From the NCBI GenBank assembly GCA_026707815.1, contig JAPOWB010000003.1, forward strand, positions 67,380 to 131,379: DNA of 64,000 nucleotides, given 5' to 3'. Made by a program: the position numbers and the translations under genes. The DNA is from Candidatus Saccharimonadota bacterium (GTDB lineage: Bacteria; Patescibacteriota; Saccharimonadia; Saccharimonadales; VXPC01). Under the pieces are notes generated by a model that saw nothing but the letters and a program-made list of their open reading frames with translations, was not told the origin of the DNA and ran no database searches. Within the stretch, counting starts at the first letter, position 1. The number at the start of each line of letters is the position of its first letter. This document shows, in pieces, positions 37,110 through 47,816 of this stretch.

Positions 37110-38936
37110 ATGTGTGGTATTGTCGCAACTGTAGGTCATAAAAATGCTCCGGAATTTATTTTGGAAGGTCTGGAAAGTTTAGAATATAGGGGTTACGATT
37201 CAGCTGGCTTAGCTATTTTAAATTCTGATTCAGAGATTGAAGTTGTCAAAGTTGTCGGACATGTCGCTAATTTAAAAGATAAAACAAATAATCAAAATTT
37301 GACAGGTCGAATCGGTTTGGGTCATACTCGCTGGGCGACTCATGGACAAGTTTTAACTAAAAATGCTCATCCTCACCAAGATCAAAACGGAGATTTTTTC
37401 ATCGTCCATAATGGCATTATTGAAAATTTTCAATCCCTCAAAGATTTCTTGATGAATAAAGGCCATAGATTTTCTTCAGATACCGACTCTGAAGTAATTG
37501 CTCATCTGCTGGCTTATAACTACAAGAAATTGAAATCTGTTAAATCAGCTTTGATTGCCAGTTTGCAGAGTTTACGAGGAGCTTATGCTTTGGCTGTTAT
37601 TTCTAAAAGAGAACCCAATAAACTCTGGGGAGCAAAATTATCTGGACCGTTAATTTTAGGATTAGCTAAAGATAATAGCTATTACTTAGCTTCAGATAGT
37701 TTGGCTTTAGCTTCAGTTGCTCAAAAGATTATTCCCTTAGAAGATTTTGAACTGGTTGAAATTACCCCCAAAGGGCAGACCATTATTAATTTAAAGACTG
37801 ATCAGATTGTTTCTCGACCAACTGAGCTTATGAAGCTGACCAAAGAAGATAGTCAATTGGGCGACTTTGAAGATTATATGATTAAAGAAATTCATCATAT
37901 ACCTCAAGCTATTGGCGATGCTATCCGAGGGCGACTCAATATTGACCAGAATTTCATTACCTTGGGTGGACTGAATTCAGTCGTTGACCAACTCCAATAT
38001 ATTGATCGAATTATCATTGTCGCTTGTGGAACATCTTATTTTGCTGGCATGGTCGGTGAATATTTAATCGAAGACATTGCCAATATGCCAGTTGAAGTTC
38101 ATCTAGCTTCAGAATTCAGATACAGAAAACAACCCTTATCCAGAAGTTCGATGGTTATTTTTATCTCTCAATCCGGAGAAACAGCTGATAGCATTGGAGC
38201 TTTAGAAGTCATAGCTGGTTCGGGCATGTTAAAACTTGGTATAGTCAATGTTGTTGGTTCAACTATCAGCAGATTAACAGATGCTGGGATTTATTGTCGG
38301 GCTGGTCTTGAGAAATCAGTTGCCTCAACTAAAGCTTTCATGTCTCAGGTGACCATTTTAACTTTAATAGCTTTATATTTAAGTGACAACTATAAAGACT
38401 ATCGGCTACTCAGTCAGCAATTAGTAAATTTACCTTCTCAATTAAGTCAATTTTTAAATCAACATCAGATTAAGAAAATAGCTAACAAATACTACCAAGC
38501 CTCTAATTTTATGTTTTTAGGCAGAAATTATAACTATCCAGTGGCTTTAGAGGGAGCTTTAAAGCTTAAAGAAATCAGTTATATCCATGCCGAAGCCTTA
38601 GCTAGTGGCGAGTTAAAACATGGTAGTTTGGCTTTAATAGATAAGAAAATGCCATCTCTAGTTATTGCTTTAAGTGGCAAGACTCTTGATAAAAATGTCA
38701 GCAGTATAGCTGAAATTAAAGCCAGAAAAGGTAAAGTGATTGCTATTGTTGATGATGCTAAAAGTCCAATTATCGACCAAGTTGATGATGTAATTGTTAT
38801 TCCTAAAGTTATTGAACCTCTCCAACCGCTAGTTTCGGCAATAGCCTGTCATCTTTTTGCTTATTATATGGCTAAAGCTTTGGACAGACCGATAGATCGC
38901 CCTCGTAATTTAGCTAAATCTGTAACAGTTGAATAG
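37110..38936 (+). CDS. glmS: Glutamine--fructose-6-phosphate aminotransferase
   Basis: MCGIV N-terminal nucleophile, two SIS domains, and the C-terminal AKSVTVE. Confidence 0.95.
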   Translation: MCGIVATVGHKNAPEFILEGLESLEYRGYDSAGLAILNSDSEIEVVKVVGHVANLKDKTNNQNLTGRIGLGHTRWATHGQVLTKNAHPHQDQNGDFFIVHNGIIENFQSLKDFLMNKGHRFSSDTDSEVIAHLLAYNYKKLKSVKSALIASLQSLRGAYALAVISKREPNKLWGAKLSGPLILGLAKDNSYYLASDSLALASVAQKIIPLEDFELVEITPKGQTIINLKTDQIVSRPTELMKLTKEDSQLGDFEDYMIKEIHHIPQAIGDAIRGRLNIDQNFITLGGLNSVVDQLQYIDRIIIVACGTSYFAGMVGEYLIEDIANMPVEVHLASEFRYRKQPLSRSSMVIFISQSGETADSIGALEVIAGSGMLKLGIVNVVGSTISRLTDAGIYCRAGLEKSVASTKAFMSQVTILTLIALYLSDNYKDYRLLSQQLVNLPSQLSQFLNQHQIKKIANKYYQASNFMFLGRNYNYPVALEGALKLKEISYIHAEALASGELKHGSLALIDKKMPSLVIALSGKTLDKNVSSIAEIKARKGKVIAIVDDAKSPIIDQVDDVIVIPKVIEPLQPLVSAIACHLFAYYMAKALDRPIDRPRNLAKSVTVE

Positions 38937-38953
38937 GATTGAATTATCTAATT

Positions 38954-39030
38954 TGGTGGAGTCGAGGAGATTCGAACTCCTGACCTCCTGCTTGCAAAGC
39001 AGGCGCTCTAACCAACTGAGCTACGACCCC
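38954..39030 (-). tRNA. tRNA-Ala (anticodon UGC), G3:U70, CCA encoded
   Basis: Reverse complement GGGGTCGTAGCTCAGTTGGTTAGAGCGCCTGCTTTGCAAGCAGGAGGTCAGGAGTTCGAATCTCCTCGACTCCACCA. Confidence 0.9.
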
Positions 39031-39056
39031 CAAAGATATGCATAAATTATAACAAA

Positions 39057-39686
39057 TTAAAGACTTGGTATATGTAAAAGTTCTAATATCCAGAGGATAT
39101 AATGACCTAGCCAACTGCTGGCTAATAGGACTAAAGCGATGACAATGATAAAGCCAAATCTTTCAATCAGATTCATTAAGCTCTTAATAAATTCCGGAGA
39201 TAAAGCATAAAACACTCTCGAACCATCAAGGGGTGGAATAGGTATTATATTAAAAGCAAAAAAGATGGCGTTAAAAGTAGCAAAAATAATCACAAAATAT
39301 TCTAAGTTGGGATGGAATCCAGCCCCTTTTAAAAAGAAATTATAGATAACGGTAGCAAGAATAGCTAAGGCTAAATTGGTCAGTGGTCCAGCTAGAGCGA
39401 CAATCGCCACCCCATACTCTCTATATCTTAATCTACCCATATTAAAGGGAACAGGTTTGGCAGCCCCAATCATCGGTAGATGAAAAATAAATAAAACTAA
39501 AGGCAGAAGCAAGGTCATGACTGGATCAATGTGAGCCAAGGGATTAAGGGTGATTCTACCCTGCTCTTTGGCAGTGTCATCTCCCAGCCAGTAACTAACT
39601 AGAGCATGCATTAATTCGTGTAAGGTGATAGCAACGCCAATGCTGATAACTACAAAAATAACACCGGTCACTAAATCAATATCCAT
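39057..39686 (-). CDS. M50/site-2-protease-family membrane metalloprotease
   Basis: HELMHA zinc motif in the first TM helix and a later PIPPLDGSRV motif. Confidence 0.8.
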   Translation of the reverse strand: MDIDLVTGVIFVVISIGVAITLHELMHALVSYWLGDDTAKEQGRITLNPLAHIDPVMTLLLPLVLFIFHLPMIGAAKPVPFNMGRLRYREYGVAIVALAGPLTNLALAILATVIYNFFLKGAGFHPNLEYFVIIFATFNAIFFAFNIIPIPPLDGSRVFYALSPEFIKSLMNLIERFGFIIVIALVLLASSWLGHYILWILELLHIPSL

Positions 39687-39833
39687 TTATCAACTATTTC
39701 AAAACAATGAGCCTACTGCTATTATAAGATATTCAGCCCTGAAAATTAAATAAACCCAAATCAAAGCCATCTGGCATGATATAATCTATATTACTTTTTT
39801 TCAAAAACAATCAAACTTTTAAACATTGAAACA

Positions 39834-40721
39834 ATGAAAGAGTTGGATATCGATCAATTATGCAGAGAACTCCAAGCCGTCAGCCAGAAATTGAATTTAG
39901 GTCAAGGAGAATATCAAGTCGTTCGCTTGGGCAATGCTTGGGTTTTTAAAAATCCAACTAACAAGTTAATCGCCCGAATTCATATCCGAGATGACGATCC
40001 AGTAAAAATAAATCAACAACTCAAATTATATACCCAACTAGTTGAGTGCGGTTATCCAATTATTAAGCCCCTACTCAATGAAGTTGCCACTTTAAAAAAT
40101 CAACAATTAGTGAGTTTCTGGCCACTCGGACAAGATAATTTAACGAATTTAACTAGTCGAACTTTTGTTAAACTCCTGACCGCTTGCCATCAAGTTCAAC
40201 CTCAACAAGACCTGACAACCTGGCAGACTGACGCCCCAAAAACTAAGAGACTCCTTCAGCTTGATCAAGCCGCCAAAGCTGGGGCTGATCAGGAAATCCT
40301 CAAACGGCTTGAATCAATGTTTCAGAAATCTCAAGCAGAATTGGAAAATTATTATCAAAATCAATCATTTGATAAAGTTATTATTCATGGAGATTTTTAT
40401 CATGGCAACATTATTAAATTAGACGAACATTTCAAACTTTGTGACTTAGATTATTTAAGTTTAGGTCCTAAAGAAAGAGATCTAGCAACTGTATATATTG
40501 ATTGTCATAGATATCTAAAAACTAACTTTTGGGCAGAAATAATTGACAATTATCCATTGGCTTATGATGCGAAACTCTTAAAGTATCTTATTAAAGTCCA
40601 AGAGATTGGTGATTGCATTTTCACAGCTGGACTTTGGGGCATTAATCCAACTAGCCACCAAGAAGTTCGACAAAGACTAAAGCATTGGCATCAAGAAGAT
40701 TTTAAGTGGACAGATTTTTGA
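39834..40721 (+). CDS. Aminoglycoside/choline-kinase-like phosphotransferase family protein
   Basis: IIHGDFYHGNII (HGDxxxxN) and CDLDYLSLGPKERDLA (DxD) kinase-fold motifs. Confidence 0.7.
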   Translation: MKELDIDQLCRELQAVSQKLNLGQGEYQVVRLGNAWVFKNPTNKLIARIHIRDDDPVKINQQLKLYTQLVECGYPIIKPLLNEVATLKNQQLVSFWPLGQDNLTNLTSRTFVKLLTACHQVQPQQDLTTWQTDAPKTKRLLQLDQAAKAGADQEILKRLESMFQKSQAELENYYQNQSFDKVIIHGDFYHGNIIKLDEHFKLCDLDYLSLGPKERDLATVYIDCHRYLKTNFWAEIIDNYPLAYDAKLLKYLIKVQEIGDCIFTAGLWGINPTSHQEVRQRLKHWHQEDFKWTDF

Positions 40722-41077
40722 TATAAAAAACCTCATTTTAAATTTGCTAAGAATGAATAATTACTCCAGCATAAATCTTTTAAATGCTCATACTATAGAT
40801 ATCTTGCTTAAAGCAGGGGTTCAGATATATACTTAGTGACTTTCGTCACTGGAAACTAGCCATCATAGACAATCATATTCTCTGGGAAGGCAGTCTCAAT
40901 ATTTTATCTCACAATCACAGCAAGGAAATCATGAGACGTTCAGTGTCTAGTTATTTTTGTAAGCAAATGATTAAATTTAAAATATTAAGCTGAAATTAAT
41001 ACATTTTAAACAATTGAGTTGTTGCAATATGATGAAATAATTAAAACATATTTCAACCCCTTGCGATTTACAAGGGG

Positions 41078-41800
41078 TTGGATTTAACAATTATTGAAGA
41101 AGGTGGTCAAATTAAAATTACAGATAATGTAGACAAACGTTACTCATCTAAAGGGCATCGCAGTCAAGAATTCCCCTTTAAAAAAGTTGCTATGTGTCCT
41201 TACTGTGAAAACCCTTGCTTGGTAGTGCCTCTAGGGGTAGAAGCGGTAAATACTACCCTGCTTATCATTACTCTAAGAATGGTCATAATTTTTGAGTCAG
41301 CAAAGCTGAATTAGAGACTAAAGCTGATGAGTTCTTCAGTTACCTTAAACTATCTCCTGCAAATCTGGATAAAATGTTTCAATTTTTAGATAAGAATTGT
41401 CAACAATTAGAGGCTGAATATAATCAACAACTTGCCCAATTAGACAAAAATCTAGCTTCAACTAAAGCTGAAATAAGTACCAATTTAGAGAAAATTAAAA
41501 TCATAGATAGTCCATCAACTATTAAATACATAGCCGAAGAAATTGATGATTTAGAGAAACAGGTATCAGACATAAAAGTTAAGCAACAAACTCTAATTTC
41601 AGAAAGACCCGTCAATATTTAGCAAATTAGACAAAAGCTAAAAATATGATGGAACACCTAAATGAAATAGCGACTCAACTGATGTCAGGCATTAAAAAAG
41701 CCCGTCTATTTGGGCTTCTTTTTGATTAACTACCAACTTATGCAAAACTAAGTGGTGGAACCACTAATAAACCAGATTTTACTGATGTAAATCCACTGTT
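41078..41800 (+). pseudogene. Remnant of a large serine recombinase (zinc-ribbon + coiled-coil part only, frameshifted)
   Basis: Joining frames gives FPFKKVAMCPYCENPLLGSASRGRSGKYYPAYHYSKNGHNF, then a coiled coil (QQLEAEYNQQLAQLDKNLASTKAEI...DDLEKQVSDIKVKQQ). There is no catalytic N-terminal domain, and stops and frameshifts are present. Confidence 0.5.
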
Positions 41801-41829
41801 TTTGCCTAATTCTATTTCAGCTTCTCGTT

Positions 41830-41906
41830 TGGTGGGGCTGGTAGGACTTGAACCTACGACCTCGTCATTATCAGTAACGCGCTCTGACCAGCTGAGCTAC
41901 AGCCCC
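41830..41906 (-). tRNA. tRNA-Ile (anticodon GAU), CCA encoded
   Basis: Reverse complement GGGGCTGTAGCTCAGCTGGTCAGAGCGCGTTACTGATAATGACGAGGTCGTAGGTTCAAGTCCTACCAGCCCCACCA. Confidence 0.9.
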
Positions 41907-42039
41907 CACTCCAATATAAGAACAAAGAATATTATACAACAAGTCTATTTAATCGCATTTATCTGCACAGTTAAGCTATGTTTATATTTCGATCATTTAT
42001 TTTAAAAAAGCAAACTGGTATTAATTTTTAAAAAAATAT

Positions 42040-42360
42040 TCAAGAATTTTTGAAAGATGAAAGACCCAGCTGTTGTCGACCTTTATTAGTGAGTTTGATT
42101 CTAGTTGAGCCAGCTGGAACATGTATATCCGCTTGATCTTCTTTATAAGTTTTCAGCTTCAATAAGCCCTGATATTTCATATCTCTTAAAACTGCAATCA
42201 TAGCCCCATCCGAAATGCCATGTCTTCTAGGCAGTTTACCAATCAGATAAGAGATGTCGTGAGCAATAATCGGCTCACCTTGACGACGCATGAAGTGTAA
42301 TTTGATAGCATCCTCAGCTTTTAATCTGGATTGTTTGGGTAATCTATTTTTATTAGTCAT
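42040..42360 (-). CDS. Hypothetical small protein, possibly winged-helix
   Basis: 106-aa basic ORF. DISYLIGKLPRRHGISDGAMIAVLRDMKYQGLL looks wHTH-like. Confidence 0.5.
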   Translation of the reverse strand: MTNKNRLPKQSRLKAEDAIKLHFMRRQGEPIIAHDISYLIGKLPRRHGISDGAMIAVLRDMKYQGLLKLKTYKEDQADIHVPAGSTRIKLTNKGRQQLGLSSFKNS

Positions 42361-42395
42361 TAGAGTTCTCTATAAATGATAATATTACTAGTAAG

Positions 42396-43148
42396 TCAAA
42401 ATCTATCACTACAAAAAACTATAATCTCTCCAACTTCTTTACTATCTTCTAGAGTGAATAAAACAGCAAGATTTGAATTAGGTGGAGTTTGAAAACTAGC
42501 TAAATTGCTTTGAGAATTCCGAATAAACTTCTTCATGGGATAATCAGTATAAGGCGTGATAATCCACATATCTCCTCGACATCTATACCATGGCAAAAAA
42601 GTCCACGTACTATAGCCTTCCACATCAGCAGACCACTGAATATGTCTCTGAAAATTATCATAAAACTCGAGGCTTCGAACATGACCATAAGTTAAGTCAT
42701 GTCTATTCACTAGATGTGATGCTTCTAAAGGTATAACTTGTTTAGTCGAAAAACCGACTTGAGTATTAACTAATCCTTGAAATTTCTTTAAAGAGATGTA
42801 GTAATCAGGTGACAAGATCTGAACTTCCGCTTTATAAGTATCCATAATATCGGAAAGGTTGCGGTATGAATATGGTGATGGTGATCCCCATAATATAAAA
42901 GGCAGTATAAGCAAAGTCATCAGTAATCCAACTACTATAATATGAGCTGAAATGACAATCCCAGCGATTGACCAACCCATACCAATATCATTGATGTTTT
43001 TAGATTTTTTCAAACCCATGATAGATAAAGCTAGCCCAACTGGAGCAACCAGAAAAGATAGCACAAATCCGACCACAGCAATGTTGTTGGATTGATTAAC
43101 CTGCTCCACTTCGGCTTGATTATTGATTTTTTTATTAGAACTTGGCAT
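42396..43148 (-). CDS. Hypothetical membrane protein
   Basis: 250 aa with three N-terminal TM helices (DUF4190-like Gly/Ile-rich) and a C-terminal soluble domain with no motif I recognise. Confidence 0.55.
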   Translation of the reverse strand: MPSSNKKINNQAEVEQVNQSNNIAVVGFVLSFLVAPVGLALSIMGLKKSKNINDIGMGWSIAGIVISAHIIVVGLLMTLLILPFILWGSPSPYSYRNLSDIMDTYKAEVQILSPDYYISLKKFQGLVNTQVGFSTKQVIPLEASHLVNRHDLTYGHVRSLEFYDNFQRHIQWSADVEGYSTWTFLPWYRCRGDMWIITPYTDYPMKKFIRNSQSNLASFQTPPNSNLAVLFTLEDSKEVGEIIVFCSDRF

Positions 43149-43224
43149 TAGACTTATCCCATGAATAACTTTAAAAGAATATCTGTATAAAGCAAATTAT
43201 AGCATTAAATTCTTAAACGGTTGA

Positions 43225-43665
43225 AACACTCTATAATTTAAATCAAATTATCTTTCAAAATACGATTTAGTCCAAACAAACTGTTAAATTCATAAAACAA
43301 TAGATAAGCCCAAAGCTAATTGTTTGGCATCAGTATTTTCAAACTAAAATGACGATTAAGGCAATGAGTTGAAATAGTCTTGGCTAAGACTCTGCCAACT
43401 CTTTTATTGCTATCCTCAAAGGGCTGTAAATAAGGTATCAAACTAAGGTTAATAAAGTTTTAATGAATGGATTATGCCGGAATGTTGGTCAGATAATCCC
43501 CATCAAGGCTGGTCAACCAATCAGACCAAGCTGATTAAGTCTAACCAACGATCCTTGAATAGATCTCAGAGTGATACTGGGTAAGTTATCTGAAATGACA
43601 GAAGCCGAATCATCGGCATTTAATAAATTTAGTAAAACTAACTCCCCAGTTTTATTAAGTTTCAT
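43225..43665 (-). pseudogene. Decayed paralogue of the HTH-Fic/Doc-like gene at 11851
   Basis: The minus strand reads MKLNKTGELVLLNLLNADDSASVISDNLPSITLRSIQGSLVRLNQLGLIG-stop. About 25 codons later, in another frame, it reads IPYLQPFEDSNKRVGRVLA (compare ISYLQPFADGNKRTARLIS in the intact gene). The central ~230 codons are missing. Confidence 0.55.
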
Positions 43666-43797
43666 ACGACAGTTTTAATATATTTTTATAATTTCTATCT
43701 ATTTTGTCGCATGATAAGAACGCAAATTGTCTATATATAAATAGATATTAAAAATACTTAAAGTCTCTTTATTTGAAAATTAAAGAAAATTAAAAAC

Positions 43798-43810
43798 TTG
43801 GTTGTGCAAT
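43798..43810 (-). other. 3' arm of putative pre-16S processing stem
   Basis: ttggttgtgcaat is the exact reverse complement of 45501-45513. Pairing extends a few nt with one wobble. Confidence 0.5.
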
Positions 43811-44012
43811 ACCGTCTCTTTACAAACTATCTGTTTGCTGTGATAGTTAATCATTTAAAAATCGTCATGATAAGTTCATCTAAATGATTGAAAACTAAAC
43901 TTATCCGATTCAACCTATCTCAAAACATTAATTTTTATCCTTCTTTCAAAGATCAAAGGATATCTCTCTTAAAGAGAAAATTAAAGATGTTTTGGATTAT
44001 TTCTTCTCCCTA

Positions 44013-45482
<1,470 letters not shown>

Positions 45483-45500
45483 AATAAAACAAACGTTGAC

Positions 45501-45513
45501 ATTGCACAACCAA
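45501..45513 (-). other. 5' arm of putative pre-16S processing stem
   Basis: attgcacaaccaa is complementary to 43798-43810. Confidence 0.5.
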
Positions 45514-45545
45514 ATTTTCAAAGTTCAAAAAAGAAACTATCCTAG

Positions 45546-45574
45546 ATTATAGATGATAATAGCTAAAAATACAA
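45546..45574 (-). promoter_or_regulatory. Candidate 16S promoter
   Basis: The minus strand reads TTGTAT, a 17-nt spacer, then TATAAT (-35 at 45574-45569, -10 at 45551-45546), about 65 nt upstream of the mature 5' end. Confidence 0.4.
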
Positions 45575-45878
45575 AAGGAGAATTTATTATGAAGATTGGT
45601 GCCAGGAGTTGAGAAAATGCTGTTTATATCTCAAAGGTAAGAAAATCCAATGACTGAACTTAATCTGGTAATCCTTTGAGTAATTACTAGAATACATTGA
45701 GATCAATAATAAAAATGTTTGAGAAGAATACAGACTGTTTTAAATAATCTATCATATTCTCAGTTGGCATTTTAAAATCCACTCCTATGGATGTTTTAAT
45801 GATCGAGTTTTGACTATAAAGCGGACAGATACATATTTTGACATATCCCTTTGAAAGAGATATACTATCAGACATCAG

Positions 45879-45919
45879 CACCCCTAGTTACGAGTTCGGC
45901 TCCCGCTAGGGTGTTTTTT
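45879..45919 (+). terminator. Orphan hairpin plus T6 (terminator-like)
   Basis: cacccctag ... ctagggtg stem with one bulge, followed by tttttt. There is no obvious upstream plus-strand gene. Confidence 0.3.
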
Positions 45920-45955
45920 GGCAAAATTGTTGGTCAAGATATGAAAAACTATATT

Positions 45956-46544
45956 TATATCACCCCAATCACGAATTAAAAACTAAAGATAGAATCTGTT
46001 ATTATCTCCTTAAATATTTATTAAAAATAAAGGATATAAAAAATGAAACAAATTCTATCTAACAGAGATAATAACATAATCTTACTGATTGGCTTTACCA
46101 AGAATCAGATGGGTTGATGTTTTGGTTTTAAATTACATCTAGCCGTTAACAGAGTCTTGGTCAATTAACAGCCTATCACATCTCTAAAGCCTCTCATCAC
46201 GATCGTCAACGCACTAAGAAACTCATCGATAAGACTACTAAGATTTTAGTCGGTGATGCCCATTATGGTGGTCGCCCAGAGTTATTAAAGAGTTACAAGC
46301 TCTTGGCATTAGAGTTGCCTCCAATGCTAAATACTGTAATCCCACTCCAAATGATAAGAAATTACTCAAGCAAAGATCTGGTTGAGGCTGTTTTCTGATC
46401 CTTAAAGAGTAAATACAAGTTGGTGACTACTTATGCTAAGACTAAAGCTGGTTTTATGCTTCATTACTTGCGAGTCCTAGTCAGCTACCAGATGAATAAG
46501 TTAATAAGTTTGTCTAAATTGTAATTCGTGATTGGCGTTATATA
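45956..46544 (+). mobile_element. Internally deleted IS982-family-like element with both terminal inverted repeats
   Basis: The 23-bp ends tatatcaccccaatcacgaatta (45956-45978) and taattcgtgattggcgttatata (46522-46544) match at 21 of 23 positions as an inverted repeat. The interior encodes broken transposase C-terminal pieces (GFKLHLAV..., LVGDAHYGG, VEAVF-SLKSKYKL). Confidence 0.6.
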
Positions 46545-46994
46545 AAACCGAATGGTCTCTATTAAGCAAGAATAAAAATTACAGATCTTTTTCTAGTCTT
46601 GAGAAATTGATACCTGCAATATTTGGCATATTCTACATCCTTATAGGAATCGCTAGTATAATGACAATCAACCAATTCTAATTAGTTATCTTATATTTTT
46701 AAAGATTATTCAAGATTTGTTGCCATAATTTTCTATGTTCAGTCTTTATAACTTGGTCTTGAATCAGATTCTGAGAATAATTGTTTAAAAACTCTAGTGG
46801 ATCTGATATAAGTCTCAAAGAATATTTCAAGGTAGTCATCAAGCCGTTAGCTATAAATTGACAACCATGTTCTTTGGCTATAAGGTCAATTTTCTGATTG
46901 AGAACTTGTCTTTCTTTGGCTGATGGTTTAATTGTTGATAGCAGATAATATCTTTCAACTGGCAGATTTTGGATTTTGCGATAAGCATCTTTGA

Positions 46995-47816
46995 TTAGTT
47001 GGGGGGGGGTATTGGAATATCATATTTAATCTCCGCACCCTCGAAGGGATGATTATTGTTATTGATTTGGATGTCGCCAATATCTTTAGATCTGCTGTCA
47101 GCAGAAGTATGGCTCTTAAGCGGCAATAAAGTTTTGTTTTGATATCTTGCGACTTGCATCATCATACATTCATAAATTGAGTAAATCGCTAAGACAGGCA
47201 GTCTAGCTGTGCCGATGGTCGTGCTACCTGAAAAATGTTGGTTTAAGATGTCAACAACTTGCTCAATGGAAATTTCTATATTTTGTAAACGAGCTATTGA
47301 GACAGATTTATGATCTCTGATTAAAATGAGTTTTTGAAACAAATATTCCAGATAATGTTTAGGGTTAGCTACTTTTGTTTCTATGTTATCTAAAAGAGTT
47401 AGAAAAGCTGTTTTAATTTCTGCGTCATTGATTTGACCATTATAATCCAAGGTGTACGCTTGCTTGTGTTCGAGGGAGCGAGTTAACCAGCCACTTTCTT
47501 CCATGTGAGTCAGCTGTTTTTCCTTTAAGAAAGGAGTTATGAATTTAGTATCTATACTTCGACCGGAATAACCGCCCAGCAAACTACTTTGATGCTGTCT
47601 AATATCTTGCTTGGGATCGACTATTTTATGAGTGAAAGAAGTAATTAAAACAGTACACACCCCCTTGAAATACTCGCTTTTATCAGCGACAGTGTTGAGC
47701 ATATCAATTTCAGTCTGATTTAAGGCAGGATTCGGAGTTGGTTGATTATCTGAATTATGTAGTTTATTTTGGGCTGAGCTGTAGAGGGAATCTAAGATTT
47801 GTGTATGATTGCTCAT
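46995..47816 (-). CDS. Type II restriction endonuclease candidate, reading frame broken at a C9 tract
   Basis: It lies downstream of and overlaps the m5C methyltransferase. An RBS AAGGAAG precedes the ATG at 47816. A PD-(D/E)xK-like SKDIGD...GAEIKYD is present. The ORF ends ...IPIPPPN-stop right after the C9 run, and about 100 further codons are open in the +1 frame down to 46699. Confidence 0.65.
   Translation of the reverse strand: MSNHTQILDSLYSSAQNKLHNSDNQPTPNPALNQTEIDMLNTVADKSEYFKGVCTVLITSFTHKIVDPKQDIRQHQSSLLGGYSGRSIDTKFITPFLKEKQLTHMEESGWLTRSLEHKQAYTLDYNGQINDAEIKTAFLTLLDNIETKVANPKHYLEYLFQKLILIRDHKSVSIARLQNIEISIEQVVDILNQHFSGSTTIGTARLPVLAIYSIYECMMMQVARYQNKTLLPLKSHTSADSRSKDIGDIQINNNNHPFEGAEIKYDIPIPPPN
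47001..47009 (-). repeat. C9 (G9 on plus strand) homopolymer inside the restriction gene
   Basis: Nine consecutive G on the plus strand. They encode PPP on the minus strand. Confidence 0.95.

Noticed and set aside
41802-42005. 67-aa ORF on the plus strand
   Set aside because: Its first third is the antisense of tRNA-Ile(GAU). The start is not an ATG and I saw no RBS.
38937-44012. Hidden 23S or 5S rRNA downstream of the 16S
   Set aside because: None of the highly conserved 23S/5S blocks is visible. The region is filled by identifiable ORFs, pseudogenes and two tRNAs.
45687-45881. 64-aa minus-strand ORF upstream of the 16S
   Set aside because: It is an AT-rich, low-complexity translation with no RBS, and it lies in the 16S promoter/leader-proximal spacer. 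It is more likely non-coding.
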